In this document: positions 48,360 to 56,315 of the stretch, one piece after another
How positions within the stretch are numbered: the first letter of the stretch is position 1
Layout: each line of letters starts with the position of its first letter
Origin: a virus
Lineage: Duplodnaviria > Caudoviricetes
IMG/VR virus record: IMGVR_UViG_3300005439_000017
Location: 20,020-84,019 of that record
DNA length: 64,000 nt
Strand: one strand, 5' to 3'
Made by a program: the position numbers and the translations under genes
The notes under the pieces: model-generated
The model's input: the letters and a program-made list of their open reading frames with translations, nothing else
Told to the model about the DNA's origin: nothing
The model's database searches: none

Positions 48360-50207
48360 TTAAATTTCACATTGACCTCCAGCACAAGCTAAATTATCTT
48401 TGAAATTTGTGTTGTTTTCTATCTCCACTACTTTTGAAAGATCCAGGTTACTTAACTGATTTTCAAGCTCTTCGTATCTCTCTCTAGTTATTTCCTGAAA
48501 TGGTGCCTGTTTATAGGAATGCTCAGAATGTGGTATAACTGATATACCTGTATACAGATGTCTATTTGCCCACATCCAATCTCTCACTTGATCCCACTCA
48601 TCTTCTTTTATATTCACAGTGGCAGAAACATTGTTCATATTTGGTCCTTTAACGTGCCCCTCAGCAACCCAATTTTGATTATATGATTTTACCCTTTCCA
48701 AGAATTCTATAGCTCCTTCGTGTCTCGTAATAGCATTATTTGGTGCTTTTACAGGTATAGATATTACAGCTTCTTCTGTAGGTTTAAATATCTCATCCTC
48801 TAACATTTCTGGATGATAAATAGATAAATAAGTATACAAACTTTCCATCTTGTTTACCCTCACTGTTCTGATATAATAATCATTATACCAGCTATGAATT
48901 CCAGAGCTAGTTCCTAAAACACAACTAGTTGTTCCTGAAGGTTTTACTACTGTTGTTCTAGCTGCAGGATTGATATTCAAAGAATCAGCAATCATATGAT
49001 TGGCTGTACTAATAATCTTAGCTCCTCTTTTTAACCACATTCCGTCTATCTTATTAGAAGCTATTCCTGTAATCCCTACACCTATAAGAGAATCTTTCTC
49101 TGTATTTTCTTGCCAGATATCTCTAAGATAAGTAAAATCTGTATAAGTAGCTTGTATGGTAGCAATGAGGGTAGCTGCCTCACATCTATTGTAAAAATCA
49201 TTCTCATCTTCTATATTTCCAGCATTTATTTCAACCAGATTACAGAAGCTATATGGTCTAAGACTTACTTCATGGCAAGGATTGAATCCATAATCAGAAT
49301 CATTAGTAAAACTAATTCCTGGTTCTCCAGCCCCACTTGCTTTAATTCTTTCCCAGAATTGATTAAACTCCTCTTCAGTTATCCTATCTCTGTTTATAAC
49401 AGCACTATTATTAGCTCTGGCAAAATGAGGATTTAGTTCCCACCAATTGCCAGACTTACAGCCTATCATGGATTCATCATCGAAAGAGAATAAGGCTATC
49501 ATGGCGCTTCTTCTTATTCCTCCACTTAGAACCGCATCTGCTATGTGGCACATTATTGAATGTACTTCTAGTGAGGTTAGTTTATCTCCTTCTTCTTTCT
49601 GAGACAATATTTGTTCTATTTCAAACAAACATCTTTTTAGTGGTTCAGGGCCTGGGGCTTTTCCACCAGAAGTCTTTAAGAGTTCTCCTTTAGCCCTAAT
49701 ATCAGAAAAATCAAACTTTGGGTATTGTCCTTTAGCTAAATAAGCTTTTAGAAGCACTTTAACAGCATCTGACCAACCTATAATAGAATCTTCTATTACA
49801 AACCTTTTCTTCTTTCCTAGCTTAGATATTTGTGGTAATTTATCAATATGTTTATATTGTACTGAATACCCTACTCCACATCCTGAAAGTAATAGAAACA
49901 TTGTTTCTGAAAACGATTTATAGTGATCTATAGGTAAAAAGGAACAGTTATATAGTCTGGCGTTATTTAGCTCTATTGGTTTTCCTGCAAATTGCATAGA
50001 CCTCATAGAAGGTAATACTTTCTTATCATACACATATTGATAAGACCAATCAATCTTATCTTTCCATTTAGGAAATTTCTTTATGTGCATTTCCTTATTT
50101 CTAGTAACTATTTCTTCCCATGTTTCTCTTCTTTGTAATTCAGGTAAATATTTAGCGTATTTGTTAAATATTATTATATTTGATAGTGCCTCTAAGCCTT
50201 TATTCAT
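48360..50207 (-). CDS. nrdJ: Class II (B12-dependent) ribonucleotide reductase
   Basis: LPSMRSMQFAG, YNCSF, FNPCHE, VKPSGT and C-terminal ACAGGQCEI motifs. No beta subunit gene nearby. Confidence 0.92.
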   Translation of the reverse strand: MNKGLEALSNIIIFNKYAKYLPELQRRETWEEIVTRNKEMHIKKFPKWKDKIDWSYQYVYDKKVLPSMRSMQFAGKPIELNNARLYNCSFLPIDHYKSFSETMFLLLSGCGVGYSVQYKHIDKLPQISKLGKKKRFVIEDSIIGWSDAVKVLLKAYLAKGQYPKFDFSDIRAKGELLKTSGGKAPGPEPLKRCLFEIEQILSQKEEGDKLTSLEVHSIMCHIADAVLSGGIRRSAMIALFSFDDESMIGCKSGNWWELNPHFARANNSAVINRDRITEEEFNQFWERIKASGAGEPGISFTNDSDYGFNPCHEVSLRPYSFCNLVEINAGNIEDENDFYNRCEAATLIATIQATYTDFTYLRDIWQENTEKDSLIGVGITGIASNKIDGMWLKRGAKIISTANHMIADSLNINPAARTTVVKPSGTTSCVLGTSSGIHSWYNDYYIRTVRVNKMESLYTYLSIYHPEMLEDEIFKPTEEAVISIPVKAPNNAITRHEGAIEFLERVKSYNQNWVAEGHVKGPNMNNVSATVNIKEDEWDQVRDWMWANRHLYTGISVIPHSEHSYKQAPFQEITRERYEELENQLSNLDLSKVVEIENNTNFKDNLACAGGQCEI

Positions 50208-50210
50208 TTA

Positions 50211-50603
50211 TTATTGTTCTTTATTTTCAAAATTTAACCCAAACTCACTTATATGATCATCTATTTCATAGTAATCACAAGTGATTTCTTCATCCTTATT
50301 TATATCTTTAATTGCTATACAGTACTCATCAAAACAGCCTATATTAGGCTTATTAGAGTGATTAGTAAAACGTAAATTATCTATATCTACGTAGATATTC
50401 CCATCATCTTTAAATACTCCATATACCTCTAAAAAGCCTTGTAGATGTAATGGATAAGTATGAAACATATCTCTCTTAAAAATATTATAGCTACCAGGAT
50501 AATTGATAGCTATTATTGTGTCTTTCTTTACGTTCTCTGTAGAGAACAGACCTATTCCCTTTCCCTGTACCTCTTTGAGGTAAGTATTAATCGTCAATAT
50601 CAT
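50211..50603 (-). CDS. SET-domain lysine methyltransferase
   Basis: GKGIGLFS, RFTNHSNKPN and AIKDINKDEEITCDY signature motifs. Confidence 0.88.
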   Translation of the reverse strand: MILTINTYLKEVQGKGIGLFSTENVKKDTIIAINYPGSYNIFKRDMFHTYPLHLQGFLEVYGVFKDDGNIYVDIDNLRFTNHSNKPNIGCFDEYCIAIKDINKDEEITCDYYEIDDHISEFGLNFENKEQ

Positions 50604-50811
50604 GTCTTAGTGTTATAAAATCTCCATATTCTACAAATTCCCCATTTATTATACATAGATTTGTATCTATTCTATTTTCATAATTAGTATTGTGGAGTAT
50701 ATTTTTTATCTCGTCTACAACTGGTGAGATAGAAATCATATAAATAATATAATCTCCTACTTTTGCTATCTTATTATCAATCAATTTCAGCATATATTCT
50801 TGTTTAAACAT
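50587..50811 (-). CDS. Hypothetical protein
   Basis: 74-aa ORF overlapping the SET gene start. Confidence 0.5.
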   Translation of the reverse strand: MFKQEYMLKLIDNKIAKVGDYIIYMISISPVVDEIKNILHNTNYENRIDTNLCIINGEFVEYGDFITLRHDIDD

Positions 50812-50829
50812 AATTCTCCCCCTATATGT

Positions 50830-51155
50830 GTGTTATCACATTTTTTTCTTTTCTTAATTAACAATTTCCAGCCAGTCAGTTCGTTTTCTTTCGAATACAC
50901 CATCTTAGATAGATTTATGGTCGGTGTTAATTCACCAGCCAAAGGTCATTTGGCTAATCCTACCTAAGCCTGCTTTTATATGTTAATCATTTTCGTTACT
51001 ATCGGGGACAACTCAATTGCTATATTTTACTCTTTGCAATGTTTACAACCCAACTTCTGAACTCCTACTTATGATTACCCTCGGAGCTGATCATTTTGTC
51101 TTATATTGTTAGATTTAACAACCTAGAATATATCTTATTCGACATCATGGTAACA
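50830..51155 (-). ncRNA. Candidate ~330-nt structured RNA / long 5' leader
   Basis: ORF-free, begins right after the promoter at 51160, and contains many stems (GAATA/TATTC, TTGTTA/TAACAA, TAGCCAA/TTGGCTG, GGTG/CACC, ACCAT/ATGGT). Confidence 0.45.
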
Positions 51156-51159
51156 GGTG

Positions 51160-51190
51160 CAAAGATACGAATTTAGATCCAAATTTCCAA
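51160..51190 (-). promoter_or_regulatory. Bacteroidota primary-sigma promoter
   Basis: TTG-N20-TATCTTTG. Confidence 0.8.
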
Positions 51191-51198
51191 GAAAAATC

Positions 51199-51453
51199 TT
51201 ATTTATTTTTCTTCCAATCTCCATACCATAGCTGATAATGGAAATCATCTAAATACTTTGTATATCCTTCAGTTTCTAATAAGGTTTTAGTATAATTAAA
51301 ACTACCTCTATTAAATCTTATTAGCCAATCTATAATAATATAGTCTCTATCTTCTTTTAAATCGTTGATTTCCATCAATTTAAACTGTTCATACTTTATA
51401 GTTTGATAAGGTCTCCCTGTTTGAGTATCTATTGGTAATTCTTTTTTATCCAT
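51199..51453 (-). CDS. Hypothetical protein (first gene of the leftward block)
   Basis: 84-aa ORF. Confidence 0.5.
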   Translation of the reverse strand: MDKKELPIDTQTGRPYQTIKYEQFKLMEINDLKEDRDYIIIDWLIRFNRGSFNYTKTLLETEGYTKYLDDFHYQLWYGDWKKNK

Positions 51454-51553
51454 AACTTATAGCTTTTTATTCAAATATAGATGAAATTCTGAAATTTTCA
51501 AAATTTTTATTTTTTAAATTTTCTATGTATGATAGGAGACGTGAAGTACTACA

Positions 51554-51586
51554 TTCCACAACCCGGGGCTACGCCTTGGGATGGAA
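51554..51586. other. GC-rich hairpin at the strand-divergence point
   Basis: TTCCA-CAA-CCCGGGGC-TAC-GCCTTGGG-A-TGGAA. Confidence 0.55.
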
Positions 51587-51638
51587 CTACCCGGTCCCTT
51601 CTCTAATCAATTTTCATTTTAACCCTTAATTAATCGTT

Positions 51639-52166
51639 ATGTCGACTAAAAAAATCACTGGTACACTGCAACAAGTTATTGCTGGTACTAACAAGAATGG
51701 TGGACAGTATGTTACCCTGATCACAACTTCAGGTGTTTCTGCTGTGTTTAACAGAAGCTATGTAGCTGCTATCTGTGGTAACATTGGTAAATCTATCCAA
51801 AAGCTAGCTTTTTACGCAAAGCAGTACAACGTAAGCTTTGACTCTCGTGCTGTTGTGGCAGGAGAAACAATCGGAAAAGCTGCTGATGGAAGTGATATCC
51901 CTGCTACCAAAGATCATGACAGGTTTACCAACCTGACCATTGAACTGCGTCCTGAATTCATGAAAATGAACATGGAAGCAGATGCTATTGCTGATGCATT
52001 GACATCCTCATTCAGTCTGCCTTCAACTTCTGGAGTTGCGATTGCCACAAGACCTGCCATTGAGCCTGCTATTGTGGAACCTGTCACAGAAGAAGTAGAC
52101 ATGCCACCTGTAAATCAGCCTGTTGCTGAAAATGCTCCTGTTGCACAGGACAATCAACCATTGTAA
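51639..52166 (+). CDS. Putative OB-fold ssDNA-binding protein with flexible acidic/Pro-rich tail
   Basis: Beta-rich N-terminal ~105 aa, a low-complexity tail ending DNQPL, capsid-like high-expression codons and its own terminator. Confidence 0.45.
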   Translation: MSTKKITGTLQQVIAGTNKNGGQYVTLITTSGVSAVFNRSYVAAICGNIGKSIQKLAFYAKQYNVSFDSRAVVAGETIGKAADGSDIPATKDHDRFTNLTIELRPEFMKMNMEADAIADALTSSFSLPSTSGVAIATRPAIEPAIVEPVTEEVDMPPVNQPVAENAPVAQDNQPL

Positions 52167-52170
52167 GATT

Positions 52171-52193
52171 AGGGGCTTTAGCCCCTTTTCTTT
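52171..52193 (+). terminator. Intrinsic terminator
   Basis: AGGGGC-TTTA-GCCCCT-TTTCTTT. Confidence 0.8.
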
Positions 52194-52223
52194 CGATTTA
52201 ACAACGATTAATTAAGTCTACAT

Positions 52224-52316
52224 ATGTCAGATCCAAACAACAATATCATTACTCTAAGTATCTTAGGATTCGCTATTTGTGCATTTCTATTTGCCTTAGC
52301 TTTAATGATGTTTTAA
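52224..52316 (+). CDS. Small membrane peptide (30 aa)
   Basis: MSDPNNNIITLSILGFAICAFLFALALMMF. Confidence 0.4.
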   Translation: MSDPNNNIITLSILGFAICAFLFALALMMF

Positions 52317-52332
52317 GATACTCTGTGTGGGG

Positions 52333-52447
52333 AGTGTTGCTTTCATATATCTCAGTAACAATACTCTAAGTTATTGGCTTTTAAAAACAAATTGTTTGAA
52401 AGCAAGGCTGATAGCTTAGAGATCGTTGCTGAGTATGTGCTTACACT
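52333..52447 (+). ncRNA. Long bulged hairpin (~115 nt)
   Basis: Nested pairs AGTGT/ACACT, CATATA/TATGTG, CTCAGTAAC/GTTGCTGAG and CTCTAAG/CTTAGAG, with G-U pairs favouring the plus strand. Confidence 0.5.
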
Positions 52448-52633
52448 ACGAAGCTTACGAGATCTTATATTATCGAATTACGAAGTAATGAGAGAATATT
52501 AGAGATTTAGAAAGTTAGTAGAAGAAAATACGTAGTCGATAGACAAGTATTTGATTCTTAAGTATATAACAATAATAATATTATTTAAGTATTTAAAAAT
52601 CAATACATTAACAATCAATAAAGTTTATAAACA

Positions 52634-52831
52634 ATGATATCAATAATTTTCATTCATCTTAGCGTACTTGCGCTTTGCGCAATTATCGCTTTACTTATCA
52701 TAACTTTTGGAAGTCCTATACCTGTTCATCCTTTAGATGAACTGGTAGATCTATCAGTAATTACTGGTATTATATTTATAACTGTCGAGTTCATCCATTG
52801 GATGACTCGTTGGATTATAGGTTGTTACTGA
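52634..52831 (+). CDS. Small two-TM membrane protein
   Basis: 65 aa, hydrophobic. Confidence 0.55.
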   Translation: MISIIFIHLSVLALCAIIALLIITFGSPIPVHPLDELVDLSVITGIIFITVEFIHWMTRWIIGCY

Positions 52832-53045
52832 TATTACTGATTGCTTATATATAAGTTAGAGATAAGCTTCAAGCAGATCTTCGTAAACTCAGATAGCTTT
52901 CAGCAACTCTAACTAACTCAAAAAGTCTCAGTATTGAAATGATTCATTAATATAATAGCACAATTGAGAGGATTCTATTCAAGTCGTATGGCTAGAAATG
53001 AACTCCTCTTTTGTTGCTATTTAACATTTTAACAATCAAATACTT

Positions 53046-53207
53046 ATGAAATTATTACTCATACAACTTACTATGTTTGCTACATTCTTTGGAATCTTTG
53101 CAATTAATGGAAAATGGTGGTTTATTTTTATTCATTTAGCAATTGTTTTCATTGTATATGGTGTTACATGGTTTGTTAAGGAAGTTAAGAATAGTTGGGA
53201 TGATTAA
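53046..53207 (+). CDS. Small membrane protein (53 aa)
   Basis: MKLLLIQLTMFATFFGIFAINGKWWFYFIHLAIVFIVYGVTWFVKEVKNSWDD. Confidence 0.5.
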   Translation: MKLLLIQLTMFATFFGIFAINGKWWFIFIHLAIVFIVYGVTWFVKEVKNSWDD

Positions 53208-53334
53208 GTTACTGATTTAGAGACAGTTGTGGTGGTATTAGACACCCATCTATCCTATCCCTAACATTCTATCAATTACCTATTTTCCACTCATTTTCAT
53301 AATATATAGCTTATTTTTAAGAATTTTCCTTTGT

Positions 53335-53545
53335 CAATTCGGGTTATACTGATCTATTGACTCAGTTAGTATTAAAACGAGAATTGTACTAACGAAATAA
53401 AAGCTCTCGGTCAACATCTAGGTCAATGAGCGTGTTTTATACCTAGAAAGTAATGCTAACTTTAACACAACGTATGTTAGATGAAACATAGTTAAAAACA
53501 GTAGAATACAAACAATCATCTGATCAATGATTGGCCTACTGTTTT
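53335..53545 (+). ncRNA. Structured intergenic block with possible H-type pseudoknot
   Basis: CAATTC/GAATTG, ATACTGA/TTAGTAT, TCTAGGT/ACCTAGA, AAAACAGTAG/CTACTGTTTT and CAATCAT/ATGATTG stems. Confidence 0.4.
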
Positions 53546-53577
53546 ATTTTTGATAATCAAATTTAACACTTAAAAAT

Positions 53578-54072
53578 ATGAAAACAAACATTCTCAATAC
53601 AGCAAATACTAGCACACAATTGTTAGATTTGTTAAAAAAGAAACAACAAGAAAATACCATTCAAATCTCATTATTATGTAAAGAAAATGAGAAACTGAAG
53701 GTTGCTATTCATGTATTATCAACAGATATCACACCTATCTTAAAAGAAATTTCCAGAAGAAAATACAAAGAAGGCAAAATAAAATCAACCAATAATAGTA
53801 ACAGACCCCTCACTTTATATGAGGAAAGATTCTATAACAGAGTACTAGCATCAATCAAAGTTGTACCATTGTTAACTATAAAAGAGTTAGCAGTTCGTAT
53901 TCATCAACAGTACAAAGATGAATATAGAAATAACTCAATAGATACTATGAGGCTTATGGTAGGCAGGGCACTAAAGCTAGCTCTCAAAGAGGGAAAAGTA
54001 ATAACTGTTCCATGTAAAAGCTGGTCAGGAAAAGGAAAGAAACCACATTGCTATACTACCACTAAAAGCTAA
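53578..54072 (+). CDS. Coiled-coil plus putative winged-HTH DNA-binding protein
   Basis: LTIKELAVRI...MVGRALKLALKEGKVITV...Y pattern. Confidence 0.5.
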   Translation: MKTNILNTANTSTQLLDLLKKKQQENTIQISLLCKENEKLKVAIHVLSTDITPILKEISRRKYKEGKIKSTNNSNRPLTLYEERFYNRVLASIKVVPLLTIKELAVRIHQQYKDEYRNNSIDTMRLMVGRALKLALKEGKVITVPCKSWSGKGKKPHCYTTTKS

Positions 54073-54076
54073 ACCA

Positions 54077-54541
54077 ATGACAACAATAAAACTTGATAAT
54101 GGTGTTACCATTACTCTAACAGAACAGCAATTAGCTGATATCAACAGACAACAAAATAAAATTACCTCAATTGATCAAATTAATAGCATTTCTGATGCCG
54201 AAGAGATTCTAAAAAATACTAATCACACTCGTTACTATGAAAGTCAATTTGTAAGAAAAAAAGACTGGATCTCATACCAAGTGGAAACAATCATCAAAGC
54301 TGTCAATTACATTGACAATGGCTTTAAGATCTGGACTCCTGATTTCTCAAACAGAAACATAGAGAAGTTCATTGCTTGGATGGAATACAAAGAAGGTTCT
54401 GGTTGGGGGTTCGACTGTTCGTCTTGCCGTTGCTACAATTCTTACGCTTGGGTTGGTGTTTATTTCAAAAATAAGTCTTCTGTAGAAAAAACTATTAACA
54501 AATACCTAAGCCTATACAGTAAGTATTTAGAAGGTAAATAA
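54077..54541 (+). CDS. Small early protein, putative DGR target (paralog 1)
   Basis: PDFSN..EKF..W...VR...YFK....KY..LY..YL family pattern, with an A-depleted patch at 54401-54463. Confidence 0.7.
   Translation: MTTIKLDNGVTITLTEQQLADINRQQNKITSIDQINSISDAEEILKNTNHTRYYESQFVRKKDWISYQVETIIKAVNYIDNGFKIWTPDFSNRNIEKFIAWMEYKEGSGWGFDCSSCRCYNSYAWVGVYFKNKSSVEKTINKYLSLYSKYLEGK
54401..54463 (+). repeat. Putative DGR variable region VR1
   Basis: 50/63 nt identical to 58231-58293. Only 6 A in 63 nt, and 12 of 13 differences fall at codon positions 1-2. Confidence 0.7.
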
Positions 54542-54557
54542 TTGGCAGTCTGAGCCG

Positions 54558-54765
54558 AACTAATGAATTAAAATACTATATTAGTTGTACACAGTTGTTG
54601 TACATCAATTCTACTCAGAAATAGGTAGCCGATAAGTAGAGACTCGGTATTCATTAGTTTTAAATATTTAAATCGTTAGTATCTATAAAAATAACCAAGA
54701 ATAAAAGAGATCATTGAGAGTTAATAGCAAGCGATATCCTTAGCTATTTTCTCTCTTTATCTCTT
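54558..54765 (+). ncRNA. Two structured elements (multibranch ~100 nt and bulged hairpin ~60 nt)
   Basis: AACTAATGAAT/ATTCATTAGTT 11-bp closing helix. Second element: AAGAGA/TCTCTT, GAGAG/CTCTC and AATAGC/GCTATT. Confidence 0.45.
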
Positions 54766-54806
54766 CTTAATAACAAAAATTATAGCGGCTATAATAGCTT
54801 CAATAA

Positions 54807-55019
54807 ATGGAAACAATACAAAATTTTAATCTAATACAAATAATAAGTTCAGTCCTATTTATACTATTTTCTGTATTTCATATATTTGTATATCCAACTA
54901 CAAAATTAGCAAAATACATAATAGCTAAGAAAGTTGAAATACTTACAATATATGATATTAACATTGTAATAATGGTAGGATCTATTATTGCTTTTGCAAT
55001 CGCAACAATTTATAAATGA
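54807..55019 (+). CDS. Small two-TM membrane protein
   Basis: 70 aa, hydrophobic. Confidence 0.55.
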   Translation: METIQNFNLIQIISSVLFILFSVFHIFVYPTTKLAKYIIAKKVEILTIYDINIVIMVGSIIAFAIATIYK

Positions 55020-55098
55020 CAATAGTTTTAATATCATTGTTTATAACAGTCCTAGGACTGTTTATAGCAATTAACTATCACGATAAACACAACTAAAT

Positions 55099-55638
55099 AT
55101 GAAACATTTTATAACAATTCTCCTACTAATCATAGGATTAACAAACACCAAAGCTCAAAACTGCGAAGTATATCTTGCAGGATTTACAGAAGATGGTAAA
55201 TATACTATCAGTAATCCTTCTGGAATCTGTGGAATAGTGCAAAGTGCTGCCATTAATCAGTTTCCAGGCAAATCAGTGAGTATCAACTATATGAGTTTTC
55301 AATTACAAGGAGACTCAAGTTGGGCAAAATTTCATGGTACAATAGAAAATAGCAATATTACAGTCTATACAAAAGTAGAAATTACACCATTTGGTATTAA
55401 ATTACCAGATGTAGGTGAAACCATATCATTGTATGGATTATACTATTGTGTAAGTACCTTATGTTGTGAACAAAGTTGCCAAATAACAGGATATCAAGAT
55501 CCTATGTGTTTATGTTGGAAAGTAAAACTAACAGAAGAATGCAGAGGAGGACCATTTTGCAATTCGGGTTGGTTCGGAATGTCATACACACAATTTCATT
55601 ATGAAGTTGGTGTAGTAACTGGACAATGTCAACAATAA
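55099..55638 (+). CDS. Secreted Cys-rich protein
   Basis: Sec signal peptide ending TKA-Q (Bacteroidota-type Gln at +1) and many Cys in the C-terminal half. Confidence 0.65.
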   Translation: MKHFITILLLIIGLTNTKAQNCEVYLAGFTEDGKYTISNPSGICGIVQSAAINQFPGKSVSINYMSFQLQGDSSWAKFHGTIENSNITVYTKVEITPFGIKLPDVGETISLYGLYYCVSTLCCEQSCQITGYQDPMCLCWKVKLTEECRGGPFCNSGWFGMSYTQFHYEVGVVTGQCQQ

Positions 55639-55645
55639 AATATAT

Positions 55646-56039
55646 GGGCCCGCATGGAATTGACAGGTAGGTTCAGCATTGTAACTAACAGCGATAGAAT
55701 GGTATTATACTATCTAAAAAATGTATACCAAAAGAAAACGACAACAACAAAACAATTTCTGCCGAGTCTAGGAACTTCGCAGAACAAGTTGAATCGAAAA
55801 TTGTAGCACTGTTTCCTTCTGTTAAAGAAGAATTAGCAGTAGCCGCATAATGCATGAGATAAGAGGAGATAACTAGCCCTCAATTGTATCAAATGAATTA
55901 TTGAGCTAGGCAATTTTAATAGTTTGTTTATTCTACAAAAATAAACTGGTGGAGAGAGTCTTCCAGACTCCCTAAATAAGCTGTTTTAATTAGTTACATA
56001 GCACTATTCTGGACGTGGGTTCGACACCCACCGGGTCCA
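55646..56039 (+). ncRNA. ssrA: tmRNA
   Basis: Acceptor GGGCCCG/CGGGTCC-A with G3-U wobble, 5' GGAATTGACAG, T-arm GTGGG-TTCGACA-CCCAC, and an internal tag frame ending LAVAA-stop (55848-55850). Confidence 0.93.
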
Positions 56040-56069
56040 CAATAAAATCTTTCATAAATAAATTAAAAC

Positions 56070-56315
56070 ATGAAAAGAACACGTAAACACAATGTGGATG
56101 AAGTGATTCGCAAATTATCAAGGAAAAAAGATTGCAAACTTTATCCTTGGAAATCTGAGATCGAAATCCTTGATGGGACAAAGACTCCCAAACAAAATGA
56201 CTTAGGAAATGGTTCCTGGGGAATGCTTGATTATCTGACCAAATACGAAGGTTGGGTAATTATAACAGTTTCTAAATTTACAGTAATCAAAAAGAAAAAG
56301 AACAATGGAAACTAA
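56070..56315 (+). CDS. Hypothetical protein
   Basis: 81 aa containing NDLGNGSWGMLDYL. Confidence 0.6.
   Translation: MKRTRKHNVDEVIRKLSRKKDCKLYPWKSEIEILDGTKTPKQNDLGNGSWGMLDYLTKYEGWVIITVSKFTVIKKKKNNGN

Noticed and set aside
52337-52405. TTGCTTTCA / TGAAAGCAA resembling the Bacteroidota type II-C CRISPR repeat and tracrRNA core
   Set aside because: Only a 9-nt match, with no repeat-spacer periodicity and no cas genes. Kept only as an alternative pairing in a hairpin.
55731-55760. AAC-rich run as a candidate DGR template repeat
   Set aside because: It lies in the tmRNA tag frame and lacks the invariant VR positions (TGG, TTC, TCG, GTTGGT). No TR or RT was found in the window.
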